From NCBI GenBank assembly GCA_963823895.1, contig CAWGNG010000031.1, forward strand, positions 148,214 through 212,213: 64,000 bases of DNA, in the 5' to 3' direction. This stretch comes from an uncultured Planctomycetaceae bacterium. Its GTDB lineage: Bacteria; Planctomycetota; Planctomycetia; Pirellulales; Thermoguttaceae. The first letter of the stretch is position 1. Each line of letters opens with the position of its first letter. Positions 28,192 to 36,343 of this stretch are shown piece by piece. Under the pieces are notes generated by a model, which was not told the origin of the DNA, did not search any database, and saw only the letters and a program-made list of their open reading frames with translations. A program made the translations under genes and the position numbers.

Positions 28192-28286
28192 GTACTCCTC
28201 ACGCTCCGCGTGAGGCCAAACGGAGAAAACCTCACGCTCCGCGTGAAGCCAAACACAGAGAACCTCACGCGGAGCGTGAGGAGTAC
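28192..28286. repeat. Hairpin repeat, family C, three modules
   Basis: GTACTCCTCACGCTCCGCGTGAGG / CCTCACGCTCCGCGTGAAG / CCTCACGCGGAGCGTGAGGAGTAC, between stop 28173 and start 28334. Confidence 0.8.
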
Positions 28287-28333
28287 GACAGCGGCCGCCT
28301 ATCGCGACCGCGCGCCATGACCGGAGAACAACG

Positions 28334-29980
28334 ATGCGAGTCCTTTTGATCTATCCGCCGATCTCCAAGGAAGAGCGCTATTCGTCGGCCATCGGCAGTG
28401 CCGGTGGAAGGCAGATGCCGCTGGGGGTTTTCTACTTGGCGTCGTCGCTGCGGCGGCGCGGACACGAGGTCGCGGTGATCGACGGCGAGGCCGAGAACCT
28501 CACCGCCGCCGACATCCTGGAGCGTGCCGAGCAATTCCAGCCCGGCCTGGTGGGCATCAGCACGACAACCGTGGCGTTTCATCGGGCGTTGGAAGTCGCC
28601 CGCGAGTTGAAACGCCGGCGGCCCGAGCGGCCGATCGTGCTGGGCGGCCCCCACGTCTCCTCGAACCTCGCGCACGGCATGTCGTTTGCCGAGTTCGATT
28701 TCGCCATCGTCGGCGAAGGGGAAAAGCCGCTGGCCGATTTGGCCGACGCGCTCGAGCGCGGGAGCGATCTGGCCGCCGTCGCCAGCCTGGCTTATCGCAA
28801 GCGGGACGTCGCTAGTGGTGCAGACATTCCTGTCTGCCACGAATGCTGCGTTTCTCCCGGCAGACAGGAATGTCTGCCCCACCGCGGCCAACTGATCGTC
28901 AACCCGGTGGCCCCGCGGATCGACGATCTCGATGCCCTGCCGTTTCCGGCCTATGACCTGGCCGCCGACCTTTCGCTGTATACTCCGCCGCCGTGCAACT
29001 ACAAGAAGCTGCCGGCCGCCAACGTCATCACCAGCCGCGGCTGCCCCAATCAATGCACCTTCTGCGACCGCTCGGTCTTCGGCCAATTGTTGCGGCAACG
29101 GAGCGCCGAGAACGTGGCGGCCGAAATCGAGCACCTCTGGAACGAGTATCACGTCCGCGAAATCGCCTTCGTCGACAACACCTTCACGCTGCGTCCGCAG
29201 CGAATCCGCGAGCTGTTCGCCATCCTCGACCGCAAGGGCATCCGCTTCCCCTGGACCTGCATGAGCCGCGTCAGCGCCGTCGATGAGGACCTCTTGCGGT
29301 TCATGCGCGATCATGGCTGCTGGCACATCTCCTTCGGCATCGAGTCGGGCAACGAGGAGATCCTCAAGCGGATCAAGAAGAAGATTTCGCTCGAACAAGC
29401 CCGGCAGGTGATCGGCTGGTGCGCGAAGCTGGGCATCCGCACCAAGGGCTTCTTCATCGTCGGCCATCCCGGCGAAACGCTGGAGACGATCGACGAGTCG
29501 ATCCGCGAGGCCCTGCGGATGAAGCTCGACAACGTGGTGGTCACCATCAACACGCCGATTCCCGGCTCGCCGCAGTACAAGGAAGCGGCCGCCAACGGCA
29601 CGCTCGACGTTACCGACTGGAGCAAGTTCAATTACTGGCGGCCGGTCTTCGTGCCGCACGGGCTGACGCGGGAGCAGCTTCTGCTGAAGCACCGCGAGTT
29701 TTACCGCCGCTTTTACTTCCGACCGCGGATCCTCTGGCGCTATGGGCTGAGTTTCCTCTCGCCCAGCGGCCCGCGGCGGCTATTGCTCCTCTTGCGCAGT
29801 TTGCCGTTCTTATTGTTCCGCGAGAAGAACAAGCCGGCGGGGGAAGCGGAGCACGTCGCGGAGGTTGGCGGCGGATCGTCGATTCCCAGCCCGCATTTCC
29901 GGCGTGCCGCCGATCGTCAGGCAGCCGGTATCGAGCAAGAAACAGCCGGGAGCCAACGGTCCCCGGAGAACAACCGCTAA
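28334..29980 (+). CDS. B12-binding-domain radical SAM protein
   Basis: MRVLLIYPP...GLVGISTTT...VLGGPH (cobalamin-binding-like), SRGCPNQCTFC (CX3CX2C) and FGIESGN. Carries an in-frame family B repeat. Confidence 0.85.
   Translation: MRVLLIYPPISKEERYSSAIGSAGGRQMPLGVFYLASSLRRRGHEVAVIDGEAENLTAADILERAEQFQPGLVGISTTTVAFHRALEVARELKRRRPERPIVLGGPHVSSNLAHGMSFAEFDFAIVGEGEKPLADLADALERGSDLAAVASLAYRKRDVASGADIPVCHECCVSPGRQECLPHRGQLIVNPVAPRIDDLDALPFPAYDLAADLSLYTPPPCNYKKLPAANVITSRGCPNQCTFCDRSVFGQLLRQRSAENVAAEIEHLWNEYHVREIAFVDNTFTLRPQRIRELFAILDRKGIRFPWTCMSRVSAVDEDLLRFMRDHGCWHISFGIESGNEEILKRIKKKISLEQARQVIGWCAKLGIRTKGFFIVGHPGETLETIDESIREALRMKLDNVVVTINTPIPGSPQYKEAAANGTLDVTDWSKFNYWRPVFVPHGLTREQLLLKHREFYRRFYFRPRILWRYGLSFLSPSGPRRLLLLLRSLPFLLFREKNKPAGEAEHVAEVGGGSSIPSPHFRRAADRQAAGIEQETAGSQRSPENNR
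28817..28883. repeat. Double-hairpin repeat, family B, inside the radical SAM CDS
   Basis: GGTGCAGACATTCCTGTCTGCC ... GGCAGACAGGAATGTCTGCCCCACC. Confidence 0.85.
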
Positions 29981-30002
29981 ACTGTCAACCTTCCGGGGGC
30001 GG

Positions 30003-30082
30003 GGTGCCATGCCCACGCTTGCCGTGGGCATGTGAACCGTGGACCTGAGCAACATGCCCACGGCAAGCGTGGGCATGGCACC
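30003..30082. repeat. Double-hairpin repeat, family G
   Basis: GGTGCCATGCCCACGCTTGCCGTGGGCATG ... CATGCCCACGGCAAGCGTGGGCATGGCACC, just downstream of stop 29980. Confidence 0.8.
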
Positions 30083-30135
30083 CACCGAACCTCGTTAACG
30101 CGACATCATCAACCTGAAAGGCCATGAACTGCCAC

Positions 30136-30165
30136 CATTCCGGGAGCCGTTGGTTCCCGGCTACT
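30136..30165. repeat. Hairpin repeat, family F, single copy
   Basis: CATTCCGGGAGCCGTTGGTTCCCGGCTACT. Same unit as the triple array at 50909-51052. Confidence 0.7.
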
Positions 30166-30320
30166 CGGAGACGTCGATCCGTCTGATTCTCGCCGGTCGC
30201 ACTGCGGAGAAACTGACGTTGCCTCGATTGGACGGAACGGCGTACATTATGTTCCCCCATCCGACGGTTATCGTAGCGGGCACACCCCGTGTGCCTGATC
30301 GAGTCTTTAGGAGAAAAGCC

Positions 30321-31172
30321 ATGGTTGGCATCGGCGTGTTGAAAAGGCCGGCAAGGCCGTGCCTTCGGCTGCTGCGTAGAGTGGTGGAAATGTCGGCCCG
30401 GGCCGACATGCCGGACCCCCAGTGGACGCCGTTCCTCTGCAACGTCTGCGGACTGTCGAACTACCTACCGCTGCGGCGGTTGTCGCGCGAGGACGGGCAC
30501 TGCGCAAGGTGCCGCTGCTACGGCCGGCTGCGGTCGATGATGTACGCCGTCACCGCCCACTTCTCACCCGACGAGATCATCCTCGCCAAAATGAAACCGC
30601 GCAAAGACATCCGCGGCGTGGGCTGTTCGGACTGGGGATACACCGCTCTTTTGGCGGAGAAGTTCGACTACGTCAACACCTTCTACGACCACGAGCCTAA
30701 GCTCAACCTGTGCGACGTCGATTGGTCGCGCTGGCCGCCCGACAGCGTCGATTTCATCACGTGTACCGACGTGTTGGAGCACGTCGAGCCGCCGATTGAA
30801 GGAGCGTTCGCCAACATGCGGCGGCTGCTGAAGCCGGGCGGCGTGGCCATCCTCACCGTGCCCGCCACGCTGGAACCCGCCACCTGCGAACACTTCCACG
30901 ATCTGCACGATTGGCGGATCGAGAAAGAGGGGAAGCAACGGGTCTTGGTCAACCGCCGCCGCAACGGCACGATCGATCGCTACGACAACCTCTGCTTCCA
31001 CGGTGGCGAGGGACTGACGCTGGAGTTTCGGCTCTTCTCGCGGCAAGGGCTGATCGACAGCATGCAAAACGCCGGCCTGCGCGTGGCCACGATTCACGAG
31101 AAGCCGATCGAGGCCCACGGCATCTCCCTTTGCGCCAGCAACTTCGTGCTCGTGGCCGAGAAACCGAGGTGA
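30321..31172 (+). CDS. Class I SAM-dependent methyltransferase with N-terminal Cys-rich (zinc-ribbon-like) segment
   Basis: CNVCG...CARCRC followed by GVGCSDWGY...DFITCTDVLEHVEPP...LLKPGGVAILTVP. Start at the ATG at 30321, preceded by AGGAG. The ORF track begins at 30150. Confidence 0.75.
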   Translation: MVGIGVLKRPARPCLRLLRRVVEMSARADMPDPQWTPFLCNVCGLSNYLPLRRLSREDGHCARCRCYGRLRSMMYAVTAHFSPDEIILAKMKPRKDIRGVGCSDWGYTALLAEKFDYVNTFYDHEPKLNLCDVDWSRWPPDSVDFITCTDVLEHVEPPIEGAFANMRRLLKPGGVAILTVPATLEPATCEHFHDLHDWRIEKEGKQRVLVNRRRNGTIDRYDNLCFHGGEGLTLEFRLFSRQGLIDSMQNAGLRVATIHEKPIEAHGISLCASNFVLVAEKPR

Positions 31173-31175
31173 ACC

Positions 31176-32354
31176 ATGAACAGGCTGCGGGCGTTGCTCA
31201 CCTTCGGCACCCGGCCTGAGGCCATCAAGATGGCCCCGGTGGTTCACGAATGTCTGCGCCAGGCCGACCGGATCGAGACGATCGTCTGTGTGACCGGCCA
31301 GCACCGCCAGATGCTCGATCAGGTGACGGAGTATTTCGGCATCGCGGTCGATCGCGACCTCGATCTGATGTCGCCGAATCAGACGCTGGCCGAGGTGACC
31401 GCCCGCTGCCTGACGGGCCTCGACGCCGTGCTGGCCGAGTGCCGGCCCGACTGCGTTGTCGCCCAGGGGGACACGACCACGGTCATGGCGGCCGCGCTGG
31501 CCGCGTTTTACCGCCGCGTGCCGCTGGTTCACGTCGAGGCGGGCCTGCGCACCGGCGACCTTCAGGCCCCCTGGCCCGAGGAACTCAACCGCCGCATCGC
31601 CAGCCTCGTCACCGCGTTGCACTGTGCGCCGACCGAGCGGGCGGCCGAGAATCTGCGGCGTGAAGGAACGCCCGCCGCAAGTATCCACGTGACCGGCAAC
31701 ACGGTGATCGACGCCCTGCTGTGGGCCGTCGCCCGCGAGCGCGAACACGGCCGACGGTGGCGCGAGAAGTACGCCGCCATCGGCGACCGCCGCATGGTGC
31801 TGATCACCGGGCATCGCCGCGAGAATTTCGGCGATGGCATGGAGCAGATGTGTTCGGCGATCCTCATCCTCGCGCGGCGCTTTTCCGAGGTCGAGTTCCT
31901 CTATCCCGTGCACCTCAATCCGAACGTTCGCGAGCCGGTGGGCCGGCTCCTCTCGGGCCAGGCGAATATCCGGCTTTGCGAGCCCGCCCCGTATCCCGAG
32001 TTCGTCTGGCTGATGGATCGGGCGACGCTGATCTTGACCGACTCCGGCGGCGTGCAGGAGGAGGCCCCTTCGCTGCGGAAGCCCGTGCTGGTGATGCGCG
32101 AGACCACCGAGCGGCCCGAGGCCGTCGAGGCGGGGGCGGTCGAACTGGTGGGGACCGACGTGTTTCGCATCGTGGATCGGACGAGCCTGCTATTGAGCGA
32201 TGCGGCGGCGTACTCGTTGCACCAGATCGAGCGGAGCCCCTACGGCGACGGTCGCGCCGCCGCCCGCATCGTCGATCTGATGTTGCAGCAAGGGTGGCAA
32301 TCGTCCGTCCGTCCGCTGCTCACACCCCAGCCAAAGCTCCGCGAAGCGGCGTGA
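31176..32354 (+). CDS. wecB: UDP-N-acetylglucosamine 2-epimerase (non-hydrolysing)
   Basis: LLTFGTRPEAIKMAPV, VTGQHRQMLDQV, VQGDTTT, HVEAGLRT and TDSGGVQEEAPSLRKPVLVMRETTERPE are hallmark WecB/MnaA motifs. Confidence 0.9.
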   Translation: MNRLRALLTFGTRPEAIKMAPVVHECLRQADRIETIVCVTGQHRQMLDQVTEYFGIAVDRDLDLMSPNQTLAEVTARCLTGLDAVLAECRPDCVVAQGDTTTVMAAALAAFYRRVPLVHVEAGLRTGDLQAPWPEELNRRIASLVTALHCAPTERAAENLRREGTPAASIHVTGNTVIDALLWAVAREREHGRRWREKYAAIGDRRMVLITGHRRENFGDGMEQMCSAILILARRFSEVEFLYPVHLNPNVREPVGRLLSGQANIRLCEPAPYPEFVWLMDRATLILTDSGGVQEEAPSLRKPVLVMRETTERPEAVEAGAVELVGTDVFRIVDRTSLLLSDAAAYSLHQIERSPYGDGRAAARIVDLMLQQGWQSSVRPLLTPQPKLREAA

Positions 32355-32508
32355 GGATGGCAGAGACCGGCCGCCGCTGTTAAGTTGTTGATACGGCAGT
32401 CGTTAGCGATGTAGTACCTCGCCGAGACTGCCCCGTGGCGGCAGTCATGTTTTCAAGTTCCGAATTGAAGCCAAATCCAGTATACTCACTAGAAGATTGA
32501 GAAATGGC

Positions 32509-32582
32509 GTTTAGCCGCCGCGTCCACGCGGCGAAAGCGCTGTCTTCTGTACCTCAGCGCCGCGTGGACGCGGCGGCTAAAC
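32509..32582. repeat. Double-hairpin repeat, family J
   Basis: GTTTAGCCGCCGCGTCCACGCGGCG ... CGCCGCGTGGACGCGGCGGCTAAAC, upstream of lepB. Confidence 0.8.
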
Positions 32583-32623
32583 GTTGTTTCGTTGGTTCGC
32601 ACTATTCCCCATCCCGTTACGAA

Positions 32624-34399
32624 ATGGCAAAAAACAGGTCCTCCGGCACAAAGCCCCGTCCGTCGTCGGCGTCGCCGGATCAATCTGATAAACGCTCCGC
32701 CGAGTCGTCCTCGGGCGGCAACCACCTCCCTTCTCCCGCGGCGATTCGCGAGTTGATCGAGTCGGTGGCGATCGCTTTTGTGCTGGCTTTCTTGTTCCGC
32801 ACCTTCGAGGCCGAGGCGTTCGTCATTCCCACCGGCTCGATGGCGACAACGCTGATGGGCCGCCACAAGGACGTGGTCTGCAAGAAGTGCGGGTATTCCT
32901 ATCGAGTCAGCGCCAGCGAAGAGGTGAACTCGGACGGATCGCCACGGGTGGTGGGGCCCGACAAAAGGATAAGACCGCCGGAGGAATATCAGATCGTGTC
33001 CGGCACCTGCCCGATGTGCGGCTATACGCAATCACTCGACAAGGAGACGTCGTTCAACGGCGACCGCATTCTCGTGAGCAAGCTCGCTTACGAGATCGGC
33101 GAGCCGCAACGTTGGGACGTGATCGTCTTCAAGTATCCCGGCGATCCCCCCGAAGTTCCCGCCGAAGAGAGGACCGATTCGCGCATCAACTTCATCAAGC
33201 GTCTGGTCGGGCTGCCGGGCGATACGGTCAAGATCCAAAACGGCGACGTGTGGATCAAGAGCGGCAAGGACAAGAAAGAGCTTGGCGACAAGGCGGAGTT
33301 TGTCATCGCCCGCCGCCCGCCGCGAAAGCTGCTGGCTATGCTGCAACCGGTGTTCGACAACGACTACATGCCGCGAATCGCCAAGGACGGCTGGCCGGCT
33401 CGTTGGTTTTCGGACGCCGAAGCCGCCGCCGGGGATTGGCACAGCGATGATTTGGCGTCGTTTTCTATCGATGGATCGGCCAACACGGAGAAATGGCTGC
33501 GGTACCATCATCTCGTGCCGTCGAGTCAGCGGCAATGGGAGGAGGCCGCGGTCGGGATAAAGCCCAATCCCATCCAACAGTTGATCACCGATTTCGCCGC
33601 CTACGACACCGGCAGAATGCGTTTCGATTCCGGAGGCCCGGAACCCAGTTTCAACCGCCCCGGCACAGGCACGCATTGGGTCGGTGATCTCGCCGTCGGG
33701 TGCGTGGCGGAAACACAGAGCCCCAAGGGCACGCTGGATCTTGAGTTAATCAAGGGCGGCCGGCAATTCCGATGCCGCTTCGATCTATCGACCGGCCAAG
33801 CGACGCTTTCCATCAGCGGCAAGGACGATTGGAAGCGAACGGCATCGACGAGCGTGCGCGGCCAGGGGGAGCACAAGATCCTCTTCGCCAATTGCGACGA
33901 GGAACTACGGCTGTGGATCGACGGCAGCCTGGTTTCGTTCGACCAGCCGACAACCTATCCGGACCTCGGCAACACCAAGCCCAAGGCCGCCGACTTGGAG
34001 CCGGTCGGCGTCGCTTCGGCCGGCGCGGCGGTGCGGGTCAGCCACCTTCGCATCCTCCGCGACATCTATTACATCGCCGATCGTTGGCAGTCGATGGGCC
34101 ACGACGCTTGGTATCCGATCGGCCGAGCGCGCCCCAGCGAAGAAATGCCGCCGGCGCAAGACACGCGATACGTCGCTTTCGAACTCAAACCCGATCAGTT
34201 TTTTGTGCTCGGCGACAACAGCCCCATGAGCAAGGACGCGCGGCTGTGGAGTCGCGATTACTGGTGGGTGCCTCGCCAACTCCTGATCGGCAAGGCATTG
34301 TTCATTTACTGGCCGCATTCCTGGGACCGGCTCCCCTATTTCAACAGTATTCCTTGCCCCTATTTCCCGAATTTCAGCCGCATGGGGCTGGTGCGATAG
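32624..34399 (+). CDS. lepB: Signal peptidase I (long planctomycete-type form)
   Basis: FVIPTGSMATTL (catalytic Ser box), GDRILVSK, NFIKRLVGLPGDTVKI (Lys box) and FVLGDNSPMSKDARLW (box E). Start at the ATG at 32624, downstream of the family J repeat. Confidence 0.9.
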   Translation: MAKNRSSGTKPRPSSASPDQSDKRSAESSSGGNHLPSPAAIRELIESVAIAFVLAFLFRTFEAEAFVIPTGSMATTLMGRHKDVVCKKCGYSYRVSASEEVNSDGSPRVVGPDKRIRPPEEYQIVSGTCPMCGYTQSLDKETSFNGDRILVSKLAYEIGEPQRWDVIVFKYPGDPPEVPAEERTDSRINFIKRLVGLPGDTVKIQNGDVWIKSGKDKKELGDKAEFVIARRPPRKLLAMLQPVFDNDYMPRIAKDGWPARWFSDAEAAAGDWHSDDLASFSIDGSANTEKWLRYHHLVPSSQRQWEEAAVGIKPNPIQQLITDFAAYDTGRMRFDSGGPEPSFNRPGTGTHWVGDLAVGCVAETQSPKGTLDLELIKGGRQFRCRFDLSTGQATLSISGKDDWKRTASTSVRGQGEHKILFANCDEELRLWIDGSLVSFDQPTTYPDLGNTKPKAADLEPVGVASAGAAVRVSHLRILRDIYYIADRWQSMGHDAWYPIGRARPSEEMPPAQDTRYVAFELKPDQFFVLGDNSPMSKDARLWSRDYWWVPRQLLIGKALFIYWPHSWDRLPYFNSIPCPYFPNFSRMGLVR

Positions 34400-34404
34400 A
34401 CAGC

Positions 34405-34468
34405 GTTGGTGCGGCAGTTGCACTGCCGCACCCGGGATGCGGGGTGGCAGTGCAACTGCCACCCCAAC
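34405..34468. repeat. Double-hairpin repeat, family A, intergenic copy
   Basis: GTTGGTGCGGCAGTTGCACTGCCGCACCC / GGGATGCGGGGTGGCAGTGCAACTGCCACCCCAAC, immediately after the lepB stop. Confidence 0.85.
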
Positions 34469-34514
34469 CAAGGTAACCGAGAGACACGGGTGCGAAGCCG
34501 CAAGCGGCTTGTTT

Positions 34515-34548
34515 CTAATCCCTAATCCCTAATCCCCAATCCCTCTCC
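34515..34548 (+). repeat. 7-nt-period repeat (CTAATCC x3, CCAATCC, CTCTCC) abutting the lptB ATG
   Basis: TAA at 34516, 34523 and 34530 falls in all three frames. A C-rich tract runs directly into the ATG at 34549. No Shine-Dalgarno sequence. Confidence 0.7.
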
Positions 34549-35286
34549 ATGCTCGAAGCCAAAGGACTGGTAAAAATCTACGGCACGCGGCGAGTGGTCG
34601 ATGGAGTCGACTTCCGCGTCGAAAGCGGCGAGATCGTCGGCCTGCTCGGTCCCAACGGCGCCGGCAAGACCACCAGCTTCCGCATGACCTGCGGCATGAT
34701 CGTCCCCAACGCCGGCAAGGTGAAGCTCGGCAAAACAGACATCACCGACTGGCCCATGTACCGCCGCGCCCGCGAAGGCGGCATGGGCTATCTCGCCCAA
34801 GAATCGAGCGTCTTCCGCAAGTTGACCGTGGAAAAGAACCTGCTGGGCGTGATGGAGTTGCTCGGCTACGACCACGCATCGCGGCGGCGGCGCTGCAAGG
34901 AACTGCTCGAACAGTTCGACATCTTCCGCCTCCGCAAAGCGCTGGCCCAGTCGCTCTCGGGCGGCGAGCGCCGCCGGCTAGAGATCGCCCGCTGCCTGGT
35001 TTCCAAACCGAAGATCATCCTCCTCGACGAGCCCTTCACCGGCATTGACCCGGTGACCATCGACAGCATCCAGAAAATCATCCGCCAGTTGCGGCGCGAG
35101 GGAATCGCCATTCTGATTACCGATCACCAGGTTCGCGAAACTCTTCAGATTACCGATCGCGTCTACCTGATCCGCAACGGCAAGGTCGATTGTCACGGCA
35201 CGCCCGACGAAGTGCTGGCCAATCCCGAGGCCCGCAAGTATTATTTCGGCGAGGATATGCAGATCGGCCGCAAGGCCAGCGCCTGA
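34549..35286 (+). CDS. lptB: LPS export ABC transporter ATP-binding protein LptB
   Basis: Walker A GPNGAGKTT, GMGYLAQESSVFRKLTV, signature LSGGERRRLEIAR, Walker B ILLDEPF, and C-terminal ARKYYFGEDM typical of LptB. Confidence 0.9.
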   Translation: MLEAKGLVKIYGTRRVVDGVDFRVESGEIVGLLGPNGAGKTTSFRMTCGMIVPNAGKVKLGKTDITDWPMYRRAREGGMGYLAQESSVFRKLTVEKNLLGVMELLGYDHASRRRRCKELLEQFDIFRLRKALAQSLSGGERRRLEIARCLVSKPKIILLDEPFTGIDPVTIDSIQKIIRQLRREGIAILITDHQVRETLQITDRVYLIRNGKVDCHGTPDEVLANPEARKYYFGEDMQIGRKASA

Positions 35287-35289
35287 GTC

Positions 35290-35379
35290 GGTGGCGCAGA
35301 CATTCTTGTCTGCCAAGTGCGCTGCATCTTTCCGGCAGACAAGAATGTCTGCCCCACCGTGGAACGTCTGCCCCACCGC
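35290..35379. repeat. Double-hairpin repeat, family B, plus a partial extra arm
   Basis: GGTGGCGCAGACATTCTTGTCTGCC ... GGCAGACAAGAATGTCTGCCCCACC, then GGAACGTCTGCCCCACCGCC. Immediately after the lptB stop. Confidence 0.8.
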
Positions 35380-35593
35380 CGAAAGATCGATGCTTGCACG
35401 CACCCTGCCGCGGTATCATGCCGCGCGGAACAGACGCTCGGCGTTCTGTCAAGGTGAACTGAACGAGAAAATGCTGTGGGGCGCGGCGGCGAAAAAATGA
35501 TCTTTGCAGCGACTCTACGTCGCGCCTATAATGCAGCAATTCACTGGAACTGATCGCCCCACCGGGCAGATTTCGATATGAGGAGGTGCAGAC

Positions 35594-36133
35594 GTGCTTA
35601 CCGTCCGACCGAAAGTCGCGGAGTTGACGTTTCAATTGTTCGGGCGTCCGCTGCATCCGGAATTATTCGTTGTCTTTGAGAGTTGCACCATCGAGCGCGG
35701 CGGCTACAGCGCGAAAATCGACATCACCGGCGCAGGCCACGTGGTTACCTGGCGATACGAGGGCTTGACGCTGACCGAGGTGGCGGCATCGGCGCAAAAC
35801 CCGCTGCCGAAGATGCGGCGGCTGCTGGCCCATCATCTCCGCGGCCAGCGCAGCGACCACGTCGAATGCCGCGGGGGCGTCCGCTATCAGACGAGTTTCC
35901 AGCTCGAACCGGCCGATCCCGAGGTCTTCTGGACCTTTCAGCAAGAACTGGCCGTCGAGGGACAGCGGCAGGGGATGCTGCACCGCTTCGGCGCCAGCGG
36001 CCGAATGGCCCTCGGCGCCCTGAGCTACGTCAACCTCGAAGCCCGCAACCGCAGCCTGTTGGTCCAGGCGTTCCACACCTTTCCCGACAACTATGCCATC
36101 GTCAAGAGCCAGTCGCTTTTCCAATTGCCGTGA
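35594..36133 (+). CDS. Conserved hypothetical protein
   Basis: 179-aa ORF with a GTG start 8 nt after AGGAGG and a coding-like GC3 pattern. I do not confidently recognise any motif. Confidence 0.6.
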   Translation: MLTVRPKVAELTFQLFGRPLHPELFVVFESCTIERGGYSAKIDITGAGHVVTWRYEGLTLTEVAASAQNPLPKMRRLLAHHLRGQRSDHVECRGGVRYQTSFQLEPADPEVFWTFQQELAVEGQRQGMLHRFGASGRMALGALSYVNLEARNRSLLVQAFHTFPDNYAIVKSQSLFQLP

Positions 36134-36214
36134 CGACGGCGTTTCTCTGTTGACTGGGACAGAAAAACCGTCACAATAGCTGGGAGCTAATAGCTTCCGG
36201 AGAGTTGCGGCAAC

Positions 36215-36292
36215 GGTGTGCCACTGCTTCGCAGAAGCAGTGCCGACCGTGGGACGTTGCCCTGGCACTGCTTGTTCCAAGCAGTGGCACGC
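36215..36292. repeat. Double-hairpin repeat, family I
   Basis: CACTGCTTCGCAGAAGCAGTG ... CACTGCTTGTTCCAAGCAGTG with conserved flanks. Confidence 0.75.
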
Positions 36293-36343
36293 CGGGAACT
36301 GTAACCTGCCGACGTTCCTCCAACGAGTCCTGCGAGAACCATC

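Noticed and set aside
34515-34548. Telomere-like CCCTAA-type repeat
   Set aside because: The unit is 7 nt (CTAATCC), not the 6-nt TTAGGG complement. It is internal, has only about 4 units, and is related to the other heptad blocks at 51061 and 52361.
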